Origin: Candidatus Nanoarchaeia archaeon
GTDB lineage: Archaea; Nanobdellota; Nanobdellia; Woesearchaeales; SM23-78
NCBI GenBank assembly: GCA_041479965.1
Contig: JBGOZE010000001.1
Span: 1 to 58,900, forward strand
Length of the DNA: 58,900 nucleotides
Reading direction: 5' to 3'
Shown: positions 43,413-52,969 of the stretch, piece by piece
How the letters are laid out: each line of letters starts with the position of its first letter
Position numbering within the stretch: the first letter of the stretch is position 1
The notes under the pieces: model-generated
What the model saw: only the letters and a program-made list of their open reading frames with translations
Told to the model about the DNA's origin: nothing
The model's database searches: none
Program-made: the position numbers and the translations under genes

Positions 43413-46400
43413 ATGAGTGACATAAAAAAATACTTTGAGGAACTGGAAAAAGAGACTCTCGAGGCTTATAAGATAGCTTCCAAGGCAAGAAGTAAAGGAT
43501 ATGATCCCGCTACAAAGCCTGAAATCGTGCTTGCCAAGAATCTTGCTGAGAGAGTCATCGGCTTGATAACTGTTGTTGCTCCTCAGCTTCAGAATTCAAG
43601 CGCCATCAAGAGGGTGGAAGATCTTGAGAAACAATACGGCGTGTTGGATTGGAGAGTGGCATTTCAGATAGCCCTGGAGATTGCCCAGGAAAAATTCTGT
43701 AAATTCTCAGACAAGAGAGAAGCCATGGAAGTAGGCATAAGGGCAGGATTCGCCTATGTAACCCTCGGCGCAGTATCTGCTCCGCTAGAAGGTTTCACTA
43801 AGCTGGAGCTGAAGAAAAGGAACGATGGGCAAGGAGAGTATTTTTGCCTTAATTTTTCAGGGCCGATAAGGGCAGCAGGAGGAACCGCAGCTTCAGTATG
43901 CGTGCTTATAGGAGATTATGTCAGGAAGAAGATGGGCTATGCGGCCTATGACCCTGATGAAAAAGAGATTAAGAGATGTCATGCAGAGATATCTGATTAT
44001 CATGAGTTTGTCACCAACCTGCAATATTTTCCCTCTCACGAGGAGACTGATTTCATGCTCGCCCATATGCCTGTGGAGATATCAGGAGATCCTTCTGAGG
44101 ATTTTGAGATATCTAACGTGAACCTAAAAGACTTACCAAGGGTAGGCACCAACAGGATTAGGAGCGGCTATTGCCTCCTCTTCAGTGGTTGCCTCCCTCT
44201 GAAGGCACCCAAGGTTTGGGCTAAGCTAAGCAAATGGGGAGCAGAAATGGACCTTAATCATTGGGCATTCCTAGATGAGTTCTTGAAGATTCAGAAATCA
44301 GTGAAAGCAAGAGAAGACCCGGACAAGAAAAAAGATGAGAAGGAAGATGCAAAGAAAGACAGTGCCAAGATAAAGCCTGACTTCACTTTCATCTCTGACT
44401 TAGTTGCTGGCAGGCCAGTCTTTAGCCATCCTCTTGCTAACGGAGGTTTTCGGTTGAGATATGGCAGGTCCAGGACTTCTGGCTATTCTGCGCAAAGCAT
44501 CCACCCCGCCACAATGCGGGTGCTGGATGACTTCATCGCAATCGGTACCCAGATAAAGGTTGAGCGCCCAGGAAAAGCAGCTGCTTTCACTTCATGCGAC
44601 ACAATTGATGGTCCTATCGTGAAGCTGAAGGACGGGTCTGTGATTAATGTTGAGTCTGAGAAGCAAGCCAAGCAAATAAGGCCTGACATCGAGGAGATTA
44701 TCTATTTGGGAGACCTGCTCATCAATTATGGCGACTTCTTTGATAGAGCCCATATGCTTGTGCCTGCCGGCTATGTTCCTGAAGAATGGACTCTTGAGCT
44801 CGAGAAGGCATGCATCGACCTTTTCGGCACCTTTGACTATGAGAAGATAGGTGAGTTAGTGGACATCAACAAGGAAAAATTAGAAGTCCTTTTCGCAAAA
44901 CCCTTGACAACCAAGATATCCTTTGACGCAGCCTTCCAGATAAGCAAGAGGTTGAGAGTCTCACTCCATCCTCAGCACATCTTTTTCTGGAACAGCCTCA
45001 CTCCCTTGCAATTGGTCGGGCTCCTTAATTGGATGGGAGAAAAAGCAGATTTGGTGAAGGAAGAGACGCTTATCAAGATAGTGATTCCAAAAGCAGAGGA
45101 AAAAAGATATCTCGAGCTCATAGGGCTTCCCCACACCTTTATCAACAAGGAGTTCGTGGTGATTGAAAAAGAGACTGCAAAAGCTTTGCTAGGAAATCTA
45201 GGCATAAAAGAGAAAGCTGATTTCAAGAAGAAACAGGCTTTGTTAGAAGAGCAGATAAAATCCCGAAAAGAAAAAGATAAGACCACCTTAGAATTAATTA
45301 ATTGCATCTGTGAAGTAGAGCTCAGGGACAAATGCGGGACTTTCATAGGTGGCAGGATGGGCAGGCCAGAAAAAGCCAAGATGCGAAAGCTCACAGGAAG
45401 CCCTCACATGCTCTTTCCAGTGGGAAAGGAAGGAGGCAAGTTCAGGTCGATACAATCAGCTCTGGAAAAAGGGTTCATAACCGCTCAGTTCGCACCTCAT
45501 TATTGCAAGCGTTGCAAGAGAGAGACTGTTTTCAGTATGTGCGAGATTTGTGACAAGCCAACAGAAAAATTGAGCTTCTGCAAAGAATGCGGCTTGATAA
45601 AGGATTGTCCTCATGAACATAAACCTTATAAGACCATGGCCTTTAATGTGAATGAAAGCCTGAATCATATACTCAAGAAATTGAACACTAACATCTTTCC
45701 AGACCTGATTAAGGGAGTGAAAGGCACAAGCAACAAAGAGCACATTCCTGAACATCTGGCCAAAGGCATCCTGCGAGCTAAACATAGGATTTATGTCAAT
45801 AAAGATGGAACCGTAAGATATGACTGCTCTGAAATCCCTCTGACTCATTTCAAGCCAAAAGAAATGGGCACCAGTGTCGAGAAGCTCAAAGCTCTAGGCT
45901 ATTCCCATGACATAAACGGTGTAGAGCTAAAATCCGATGAGCAAGTGTTGGAGCTGAAACCCCAAGACCTTCTTCTTCCCTGTAGCCCTCAGTCACCTGA
46001 AGAGCCAGCAGACGAGGTGTTGTTCAGGATAGCATGCTTTGTTGACGAATTACTAGCCGCACTCTACGACATCAGACCGTATTATAATCTCAAGACCAAG
46101 ACAGACTTGGTAGGTCATCTCGTAATAGGTCTCGCTCCCCACACGTCTGCAGGAATACTCTGCAGAATCATTGGTTTTTCAAAAACTCAAGGCTTTGTCG
46201 CTCATCCTTATGTTCATGCTGCCATGAGAAGAGACTGTGATGGAGATGAGGGTTGTATCATTCTCTTGATGGATGCTCTGCTCAACTTTTCAAAAAAATA
46301 TCTTCCCGAGAGCAGAGGAAGCACCATGGACGCTCCTCTTGTTCTCACATATCTTCTTAATCCAAGAGAAGTGGACGACATGGTATTCAACATGGATATA

Positions 46401-46988
46401 GCATGGAAATACCCTCTAAAATTCTACGAGGCTTGCAGACAATACAAGCAGCCAAGCGAGATTAAGCTAAGGCAAGTGAAGCATTACCTAGGCATGCCTG
46501 GCCAATATGAAGGCATGGGCTTTACCCACGATACAGCAGACATCAATGAAGGGGTTCTTGTTTCTGCCTATAAGATGATTCCAAGCATGGAGGACAAGAT
46601 CAAGGGTCAGATGGAGCTGGCAGAGAAAATAAGGGCTGTCAATGCCACTGATGTGGCAAGGCTGGTTATTGAGAAGCACTTAATGAAAGACACCAAAGGA
46701 AACCTGAGGAAATTCTCCCAGCAAGAATTCAGGTGCGTTGAGTGCAACGAGAAGTTCCGGCGACCTCCTCTTTCTGGCAAATGTGCTGAATGCAATGGCA
46801 AGCTGATATTTACAGTCTCAGAAGGATTTGTCGTCAAATACCTTGAGCTTAGCATGAAATTGGCAGAGAAATACAAGGTGCCGGTTTACCTGAGGCAGAG
46901 CCTAGAGCTGCTTAAGCAAAGAGTCGAGAGCGTGTTTGGCAAAGAAAAAGAAAGGCAAGAGATGCTTGGCGCTTGGCTCTCAGCATGA
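43413..46988 (+). CDS. polC: DNA polymerase II (PolD) large subunit DP2
   Basis: 1191 aa. GLAPHTSAGILCRIIGFSKTQGFVAHPYVHAAMRRDCDGDE catalytic region and C-terminal Zn motifs CVECNEKF...CAECNG. The length is consistent with no intein. Confidence 0.95.
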   Translation: MSDIKKYFEELEKETLEAYKIASKARSKGYDPATKPEIVLAKNLAERVIGLITVVAPQLQNSSAIKRVEDLEKQYGVLDWRVAFQIALEIAQEKFCKFSDKREAMEVGIRAGFAYVTLGAVSAPLEGFTKLELKKRNDGQGEYFCLNFSGPIRAAGGTAASVCVLIGDYVRKKMGYAAYDPDEKEIKRCHAEISDYHEFVTNLQYFPSHEETDFMLAHMPVEISGDPSEDFEISNVNLKDLPRVGTNRIRSGYCLLFSGCLPLKAPKVWAKLSKWGAEMDLNHWAFLDEFLKIQKSVKAREDPDKKKDEKEDAKKDSAKIKPDFTFISDLVAGRPVFSHPLANGGFRLRYGRSRTSGYSAQSIHPATMRVLDDFIAIGTQIKVERPGKAAAFTSCDTIDGPIVKLKDGSVINVESEKQAKQIRPDIEEIIYLGDLLINYGDFFDRAHMLVPAGYVPEEWTLELEKACIDLFGTFDYEKIGELVDINKEKLEVLFAKPLTTKISFDAAFQISKRLRVSLHPQHIFFWNSLTPLQLVGLLNWMGEKADLVKEETLIKIVIPKAEEKRYLELIGLPHTFINKEFVVIEKETAKALLGNLGIKEKADFKKKQALLEEQIKSRKEKDKTTLELINCICEVELRDKCGTFIGGRMGRPEKAKMRKLTGSPHMLFPVGKEGGKFRSIQSALEKGFITAQFAPHYCKRCKRETVFSMCEICDKPTEKLSFCKECGLIKDCPHEHKPYKTMAFNVNESLNHILKKLNTNIFPDLIKGVKGTSNKEHIPEHLAKGILRAKHRIYVNKDGTVRYDCSEIPLTHFKPKEMGTSVEKLKALGYSHDINGVELKSDEQVLELKPQDLLLPCSPQSPEEPADEVLFRIACFVDELLAALYDIRPYYNLKTKTDLVGHLVIGLAPHTSAGILCRIIGFSKTQGFVAHPYVHAAMRRDCDGDEGCIILLMDALLNFSKKYLPESRGSTMDAPLVLTYLLNPREVDDMVFNMDIAWKYPLKFYEACRQYKQPSEIKLRQVKHYLGMPGQYEGMGFTHDTADINEGVLVSAYKMIPSMEDKIKGQMELAEKIRAVNATDVARLVIEKHLMKDTKGNLRKFSQQEFRCVECNEKFRRPPLSGKCAECNGKLIFTVSEGFVVKYLELSMKLAEKYKVPVYLRQSLELLKQRVESVFGKEKERQEMLGAWLSA

Positions 46989-47013
46989 AAATTTTTGTTT
47001 TTTAAGCCTGAAA

Positions 47014-47436
47014 TCATATCTTGGAATATACTGAATATCTTGCGCCGCAGGCTTGGCATTTGATGAAATACACTTCTCCTTCCTTGGTCATCTTGGTGTC
47101 GGGCTTCCCGCACTCCCTGCAAATCACGAAAGTGTCAGCGTACTGTTGAATTTTCTCATTGATACGACCAGCAGGAACCTTGGTTCCCAGAACAACGAAC
47201 TGCTTCTTGATATCTCCAGGGGTAGCTAGCTCTTTAAGAATAAACTTAAGAACATGCTCAGGCTTTCTGCCGAAATGCTCAGCTATCTGGAGGAAATTGC
47301 TCAGCACAGTCTTATTGCCTTGGATGTGTCCTCTGGTCTTGGGCACTTCGAACCTCTCCCTCACCTGGGTGGTCTCAGGCAAAGCCTTTTTTCCTCGCTC
47401 CAGCAAAGCTTCGTATTCGTCCATTTTTGATTTCAA
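47014..47436 (-). CDS. eif2b: Translation initiation factor 2 subunit beta (aIF2-beta)
   Basis: RFEVPKTRGHIQGNKTVLSNF...VLKFILKELATPG and zinc ribbon CRECGKPDT...CQACG. Confidence 0.92.
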   Translation of the reverse strand: MKSKMDEYEALLERGKKALPETTQVRERFEVPKTRGHIQGNKTVLSNFLQIAEHFGRKPEHVLKFILKELATPGDIKKQFVVLGTKVPAGRINEKIQQYADTFVICRECGKPDTKMTKEGEVYFIKCQACGARYSVYSKI

Positions 47437-47536
47437 GAAAAAATTTGTATTATATAAAACTTTGTTTTGTCATAAATTGAGAATGTCCTTTTCTATTCCA
47501 AAAGGTTTATAAAGACAAAAACTGGGTAATAGAAGC

Positions 47537-48397
47537 ATGGTCCTTGAGTCATTGGTTACTCCCTTCAAAGCAGAGCAGAGACCAGGAAGGCTTTTTTTCC
47601 TGGGAGTTCTTTTTGGCACAGCAGGTATCTTCCTGAGCTTGTGGGTTTTTAAATCTCAGGCGACAATGATAATGGTGTTCTTCACCGCGATGGCAGCTCT
47701 GCCTCTTATTTACAACACAATAATCATGGAAGAAGAAAAGGACCTTGAAGGCATGGAAGAGAAATGGCTATTAAAAGAGCATAGCAAAGCCTTGAAAGTC
47801 TTCATGTACATCTTTTTAGGCGCTACAGTCGCCTATGCCTCTTGGTATGTCATGCTATCTTCTGATGTTGTGAACACGCTCTTCCAAGCTCAAACCTCGA
47901 CTATAAATGCCATCAACAGCAGGGTTACGGGTCATCTCAGCTTCAATGCTAACATAGGTTTTTTCTCCAAGATATTCCTAAATAATGTGAAGGTCCTTAT
48001 CTTTTGCATCCTTTTCTCTTTCATCTACGGTTCAGGGGCAATCTTCATCCTGATGTGGAATGCGTCTGTCATCGGTACAGCTATAGGCAATTTCATGAGG
48101 AGTGAAATCTCAGGTATGGCTTACCTTATCGGATTTGATAAGATAGCCCATTACTTTCAGATAATCAGTCTCGGTCTGCTAAGATACACTCTTCACGGAG
48201 TCCCAGAGATACTAGCTTATTTCATCGGCGCGCTAGCAGGAGGAATCATAGGCATAGCGGTGATAAGGCATGACTTTGGTACCAGCAAATTTGAACACAT
48301 TCTCTTAGACTCTGCCGACCTCCTTTTGCTCAGCCTCGGAGTGCTGTTCATTGCTGCTCTTCTCGAAGTATTTGTCACTCCCGCAATCTTTGGTTGA
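47537..48397 (+). CDS. SpoIIM/DUF95-family membrane protein
   Basis: IFLNNVKVLIFCILFSFIYGSGAIFILMWNASVIGTAIG and HGVPEILAYFIGALAGG motifs. Multi-TM. Confidence 0.7.
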   Translation: MVLESLVTPFKAEQRPGRLFFLGVLFGTAGIFLSLWVFKSQATMIMVFFTAMAALPLIYNTIIMEEEKDLEGMEEKWLLKEHSKALKVFMYIFLGATVAYASWYVMLSSDVVNTLFQAQTSTINAINSRVTGHLSFNANIGFFSKIFLNNVKVLIFCILFSFIYGSGAIFILMWNASVIGTAIGNFMRSEISGMAYLIGFDKIAHYFQIISLGLLRYTLHGVPEILAYFIGALAGGIIGIAVIRHDFGTSKFEHILLDSADLLLLSLGVLFIAALLEVFVTPAIFG

Positions 48398-48450
48398 GCT
48401 CTCCTTATTGGAGCATTTCTTCAAGAAATCGAATCTGATCATTTCCTCTA

Positions 48451-49059
48451 TTAAAGCACCTTGAGTTTACCTGGTTTGAGTTCAAATATCTCTCCTTCCT
48501 CAATGAGCTTTCTCACAAGTTCCTCTGCATTGGGAGCGCCACTCCTCTTGATGACTTCTTCAATGTCGGCTCCAGAGCCAGCATCCAAATCTCTTATGAA
48601 TTCCATAATCTTCTGGGAATAGTTGACTCCATGCTCCTCCTCAACCACCATTCTTGCTTCTTTTTTCAAGGGTTTGGCTTTTTTCTTCAGAATCTCGAGC
48701 TGTAGTTGCCTAAAAGCACTCCATTTAGGATTGATTTTCCTTATGATTTCAGGCAACACATATTTTTGCTCATTATACACTCTCGGTCTTCCTATGACCA
48801 TGACCAAATCACCAGCATCAACGTAAGAGAAAAGATCTCCTTCAAAGCTTCTCAGCAGGATTCTTCCGCTGCCATCATCAAGAATGACCCCTCCCGCAGG
48901 CTCCTTGCTCACAACCACTCCCATCACGTTGACTCTTGAGATGTTTCCTAAGTCTGTGGCCATATAGCTAGGATTCCAGCCTTCAGTCTTGACAAAGCTT
49001 CCTCTAAGCAAGTCATCAACCAGACATATCATTGCAGTCTCTCTCTTTATCTGTGCCAT
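48451..49059 (-). CDS. OB-fold protein with a C-terminal winged helix (RPA32/Stn1-like; candidate ssDNA-binding subunit)
   Basis: VNVMGVVVSKE...ILDDGSGRILLRSF...GDLVMVIGRPRVY fits an OB barrel pattern. The C-terminal IMEFIRDLDAGSGADIEEVIKRSG...LIEEGEIFELKPG is wH-like. Lies 28 nt downstream of mcm. Confidence 0.5.
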   Translation of the reverse strand: MAQIKRETAMICLVDDLLRGSFVKTEGWNPSYMATDLGNISRVNVMGVVVSKEPAGGVILDDGSGRILLRSFEGDLFSYVDAGDLVMVIGRPRVYNEQKYVLPEIIRKINPKWSAFRQLQLEILKKKAKPLKKEARMVVEEEHGVNYSQKIMEFIRDLDAGSGADIEEVIKRSGAPNAEELVRKLIEEGEIFELKPGKLKVL

Positions 49060-49087
49060 TACGAATTCCTCATCGTTCGCGTAATCG

Positions 49088-51112
49088 TTAGATTTTAGAT
49101 ATGATGCCGTGCCTAGGACTAAAGATGTCTCCAGTCCTTTTCAGCTTCTCGATTATTTCCTCTATCTTGTCCTTATCAACCCCTCTTATTTCTGCCTCTC
49201 TCAGTATGTCTTCGACAGGAAGCTCTTTACCTAAAACCTTTTCGAGCTCAGTGATGACTTCTCTCACAATCACTATATTGCTCCTCTGAGAAGAAGAAAT
49301 TCCTGTTGTCAAGGTATCAATGTCAATCTTTCCGGTTTCAGGATCTAGGCCTATCTGAGAAAGACAGTAATGCAAGAGCTCAATAGCTTTCTGAGCATCT
49401 CTCTTGAGCACCTTATCACGCAACTCTGACCTGGCGCTCGCCTCGCTTAGCCTAACCAAGGCTTCAAGCTGTCTCGGGCTGATAGCTATGGTCCTTATAG
49501 CTTCTTTCTCTCCGACATTACGTATGCTGACAAAAAAGTCTTTTATCTCCTTAAGAGCAGCATCAGTCAATTTAGGATGGATTCTCCTTCTAGAATAGGA
49601 GACATACTTCTTTATCATGTCTGCATCAATTTCAACAGGCCCGCCTATGTCGCTCTGGTGCAGCTTTAAGATGAAACTTGCCATCTTCTCATCCTTTTCC
49701 TTGTCAGGCAAGTCTCTCACAGGAAAAATGAGATCAAAACGGTTGAGCAAGGTAGTAGGCAGTTCTATCTGCTTAGCAAGCATCTCATACGGGTCGAACC
49801 TGCCAAACTTAGGATTGGCAGCCGCAAGCACAGTTGTTTCGCACCTTAGGGTTGCTTGGATATTGGCTTTGTTAATAGTAATGGTCTGCTGCTCAAGGCC
49901 TTCGTGCATGGCTGCCTGGTCTTCAGGAGTCATCTTGTCAAGCTCATCAATGCAGCAGATGCCCTTATTGGCAAGCACCAGGGCTCCTGCTTCCAGTGCC
50001 CAGCCTCTCAAGAACTCATCCTTGACGACTGAAGCTGTTAGGCCTGCTCCCGTGGCTCCCTTTCCGCTGACATACCTACTCTTAGGAGCTACCTCGCTAA
50101 CTCTTTTCAAAAGTTGAGACTTACCGCTACCAGGGTCACCTACAAGCAGTATGTGAATATCCCCTCTTGTCATATCACCCTTGCTTCTCTTTTTTGACAC
50201 TCCGCCGAACATTTGGAGCAGGATAGCTTCCTTGACCTTGTCGTGGCCGTAAATGCTTGGAGCCAATGATGAGACTAGTTTTTCAAAGATCTTCTTATCT
50301 TCGCCTAATTGAAGAATCTTTTTCTCCTCCTCTTCGTTAATCACCAACTCATAAAAGTCTTCTTGCAGAGGCTCTACATTGTTGGCATCGCAGAAAAGAT
50401 CAAAGCGAGTAGACTTGACACCGCCACTAGACTCAATAGGAATCTCCTTGATGACACCATTTACAGAAATCTTGCTTCCAGGATTAGTCCTCCTGTCGCT
50501 CATGGGACTGACCAAGTCGCTCTTGAGGAATATGTTAAGCCTTTTAGGCTGCTCCCCTCCTTCAAGATCGTCTGGAGATTCCTCAAGAACAATCTTCTGG
50601 GCGTCCACCAATTCCTTGGATATGAGCCGGAATTTGCCTCGCCTTCCGCAGCTGCACCTGCTAGGCTCCTTAAAAGCAGTGTCTAGTTGCAGCACTGTTA
50701 TTATGTTACCACAGCTAGGGCATTCAAACCTTGCGCTGGTAACCTGAGGCCTTACGTCGCTTTTCTGCCTCACCAAGCCAGTCATCTCTAAGAGCTTGCC
50801 GATGTGATTGGCCCTGATATTCCTTACCTGTATCCTCTGAGAGGGAGGAAGGTTGAAGAAACGTGTCTTGAAATTCTTGGTGTTTCCCTCTATGTCGAAG
50901 CTATCAACTGCCAGCTCAACTGCCCTTATAACCTCTTCTGGACTTTCTAAGAGAAGCTCTGCAAGCTCAGGGTTGAACTCAGACAGCTTATTAAAGTCAA
51001 TCTTCAGGAACTTTTCGCCCTTGCTCACCTGCCTAATCAGGTCCTTGTAATATTCTTGCTCTATGAGCTTGTAAAAAAGATTGATTTGCTCTGAAACATC
51101 CAACCTAACCAC
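49088..51112 (-). CDS. mcm: MCM replicative helicase
   Basis: Zn motif CPSCGN...CSCG, Walker A LLVGDPGSGKSQ, Walker B CCIDELDKM, arginine finger SRFDL-like NRFDLIF. GTG start. Confidence 0.95.
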   Translation of the reverse strand: MVRLDVSEQINLFYKLIEQEYYKDLIRQVSKGEKFLKIDFNKLSEFNPELAELLLESPEEVIRAVELAVDSFDIEGNTKNFKTRFFNLPPSQRIQVRNIRANHIGKLLEMTGLVRQKSDVRPQVTSARFECPSCGNIITVLQLDTAFKEPSRCSCGRRGKFRLISKELVDAQKIVLEESPDDLEGGEQPKRLNIFLKSDLVSPMSDRRTNPGSKISVNGVIKEIPIESSGGVKSTRFDLFCDANNVEPLQEDFYELVINEEEEKKILQLGEDKKIFEKLVSSLAPSIYGHDKVKEAILLQMFGGVSKKRSKGDMTRGDIHILLVGDPGSGKSQLLKRVSEVAPKSRYVSGKGATGAGLTASVVKDEFLRGWALEAGALVLANKGICCIDELDKMTPEDQAAMHEGLEQQTITINKANIQATLRCETTVLAAANPKFGRFDPYEMLAKQIELPTTLLNRFDLIFPVRDLPDKEKDEKMASFILKLHQSDIGGPVEIDADMIKKYVSYSRRRIHPKLTDAALKEIKDFFVSIRNVGEKEAIRTIAISPRQLEALVRLSEASARSELRDKVLKRDAQKAIELLHYCLSQIGLDPETGKIDIDTLTTGISSSQRSNIVIVREVITELEKVLGKELPVEDILREAEIRGVDKDKIEEIIEKLKRTGDIFSPRHGIISKI

Positions 51113-51153
51113 CCTTTTGCTTTAAACAAAAAAATAAAAATTTTAAGATTATC

Positions 51154-51858
51154 CTACTTGAGAGCTTTCAGTGTCTCCACAAGCTTGTCAAGAGCAGCAT
51201 GCACTTCCTGCTCTGACTTGGTGCCTGTGCATACCACCTTACCATTGCTGAACAACAAGAAGGTGGCTTTAGCTTCCATGAGCTTATAGACTAAACCCGG
51301 GAACTGCTCTGGCTCGTATTCTGTGTTGTCAAGCTTCATGGCAAGGACATTAAGGTTAAGGTCCATGCCTATGCTGCCGCTGGCCACAATGTTCTGGATG
51401 TTTATCTTAGGCGTTATGGTTATCTTGATGCCTATCTTCTTGAGGCTCTCAATTATGCGCTCAATGCTCTCATGGACTTTCTCCATGCTCCTGGCTCCTG
51501 TGCATACCACCTTACCTGAACTGAATATCAAGGCTGAAGTTTTCGGATCCTTTATCCTGATCACCAAGCCAGGGAACTGTTCAGGATTATATTCTGTGTT
51601 GCTCAAAGTGGCTGCCATCTTCTCGAGCGGAATATCATGCTCCAGGCTTGTGGACACGACAATATTCACCACGCGAATATCTCTTGGTCCGGCATCCGCA
51701 TATTTATTTGGAATGGCCTTTATGGTCGTGCTAATCGCTTTCTTTTTCTTCTCTGATTTCTTCGCCATTTTTTTGGCTTTTTGCGGCTTAGGTGCCTTCT
51801 TCGCTGGCGCTTTTCTCAGAATTTTCTTCTTTACTGCTTTTATCTTCTTCTTTGCCAT
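51154..51858 (-). CDS. tbp: TATA-box binding protein with a Lys-rich N-terminal extension
   Basis: Two TBP repeats: NIVVSTSLEHDIPLEKMA...EYNPEQFPGLVIRIKDPKTSALIFSSGKVVCTGA and NIVASGSIGMDLNL...EYEPEQFPGLVYKL...LLFSNGKVVCTG. Confidence 0.95.
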   Translation of the reverse strand: MAKKKIKAVKKKILRKAPAKKAPKPQKAKKMAKKSEKKKKAISTTIKAIPNKYADAGPRDIRVVNIVVSTSLEHDIPLEKMAATLSNTEYNPEQFPGLVIRIKDPKTSALIFSSGKVVCTGARSMEKVHESIERIIESLKKIGIKITITPKINIQNIVASGSIGMDLNLNVLAMKLDNTEYEPEQFPGLVYKLMEAKATFLLFSNGKVVCTGTKSEQEVHAALDKLVETLKALK

Positions 51859-51893
51859 AAGAATCCCCCTTTGTTCTCTTTTCAGTCGAGAGC

Positions 51894-51901
51894 TTTATAA
51901 A
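51894..51901 (-). promoter_or_regulatory. Candidate TATA box for tbp
   Basis: Palindromic TTTATAAA about 36 nt upstream of the tbp ATG, with an A-rich BRE-like AAAAAGGG on its upstream (minus-strand) side and a GGGGGA SD in between. Confidence 0.5.
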
Positions 51902-52162
51902 CCCTTTTTAAACAGGAATAAAGAGGTCATTTATAAATACTTTCATCTTGAGATATAATAATAGGAATATAATCATGACAAAGCCTATTTAGGAAAACAT
52001 AAGCCCCCATTATTTCTTTTGGAGAAGCGTTTTTTAAGGCTTATCAACACGTTAAACTGTGAAAAGAAAGCTTCTCTTCTCGGAACACCCCAACATTTCC
52101 TTTGGAGAAAAGCTCAAAATGAGCTTTTTGCTGTTTTTTCATCTGTTCATGCTTAAAAAGAT

Positions 52163-52171
52163 TTATATATA
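52163..52171 (+). promoter_or_regulatory. Candidate TATA box for the 52187 gene (leaderless)
   Basis: AAAAAG-ATTTATATAT ends about 16 nt before the ATG at 52187. Confidence 0.45.
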
Positions 52172-52186
52172 AGCAAAGCAAGAAAA

Positions 52187-52897
52187 ATGATAGGGGAAAA
52201 AGGAATAAGGGAGAAAATGTTCGATTGGATCAGGAAGAAGATTAAGTTGGAGCAGATGAACTCAGGACTCATCTCTGCGTTCACCAGGATAAAGGAAGAC
52301 TTGGTGATGCAAAGAAAATTCTTAGAAGAGCTCTATGAGAATCATCATGGTTTTAGGAAGACCACCTCCCTCAATCATCAGAGGATCGCTGATTGGATAA
52401 AGCATTTTGACGGTTCCATAAGAAGGCTGGAGCAGGACCTGAAGGTTTTAGAGAAGCGAATCGACGAGGAGTTCGAGGCTTTGAGCACAGCTTCTCTCAA
52501 TCTCTTCAAGGAAGCCTATGCCAAGAACATCAAGGACGCGGAGACTATCAAAAAGGAGATTTTGAAGGAAGTCGAGGTTTTTATGAATGAAACCCGGCAA
52601 AAACCCAAAGAAACTAATGTTACTAATGTTACTAACGTTAAATCTATAACACCAGACCCGTTTTTTGACTCCCTTTCCAATCCCGAGAAATGGCTTGTAG
52701 GAGTTTTGTTCAATGCAGAAACTCCCTTATCTTATTCTCAAATCGCAGAGCGTACGGGCAAGACCATGAACACCATTCGCGTCTATATGAACCAACTGAA
52801 ATTCAAAGGTTTCATCGATGAAAGCTCTCTTCCTAATGGCATTAAACTTTTTAGCTTGAGGCATAAAGCTAAAGTTAAAAAACTTTACAACTTCTAA
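52187..52897 (+). CDS. Coiled-coil protein with a C-terminal winged helix-turn-helix (hypothetical DNA-binding protein)
   Basis: C-terminal LSYSQIAERTGKTMNTIRVYMNQLKFKGFIDE is wHTH-like. The N-terminal ~140 aa are heptad-rich. Internal TNVTNVTNV comes from a 9-nt triplication. Confidence 0.65.
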   Translation: MIGEKGIREKMFDWIRKKIKLEQMNSGLISAFTRIKEDLVMQRKFLEELYENHHGFRKTTSLNHQRIADWIKHFDGSIRRLEQDLKVLEKRIDEEFEALSTASLNLFKEAYAKNIKDAETIKKEILKEVEVFMNETRQKPKETNVTNVTNVKSITPDPFFDSLSNPEKWLVGVLFNAETPLSYSQIAERTGKTMNTIRVYMNQLKFKGFIDESSLPNGIKLFSLRHKAKVKKLYNF

Positions 52898-52911
52898 AAA
52901 AAATTCTTGCT

Positions 52912-52969
52912 GTTATAATGCGTTATAATGGGCGTTATAATGTGTTATAACTGTTATAACGCGTTATAA
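52912..52969. repeat. Array of six GTTATAA(T/C) heptamers at 9-12 bp spacing
   Basis: Copies start at 52912, 52922, 52934, 52944, 52953 and 52963. The last two form the palindrome GTTATAAC. The array begins 15 nt after the stop of the wHTH gene. Confidence 0.9.

Noticed and set aside
43413-51112. Inteins in PolD DP2 or MCM
   Set aside because: The lengths (1191 aa and 674 aa) and the uninterrupted catalytic motifs fit intein-free proteins. No Hint/homing endonuclease blocks were seen.
51323-51958. 211-aa ORF antisense to tbp
   Set aside because: It overlaps the TBP core repeats on the other strand, and its hydrophobic low-complexity sequence is a translation artefact.
52912-52969. Heptamer array (and the 14-mer array at 40078..40133) as a possible CRISPR array
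   Set aside because: The repeat period of 9-14 bp, with essentially no spacers, is far below CRISPR repeat-spacer dimensions. No cas genes are in the window.
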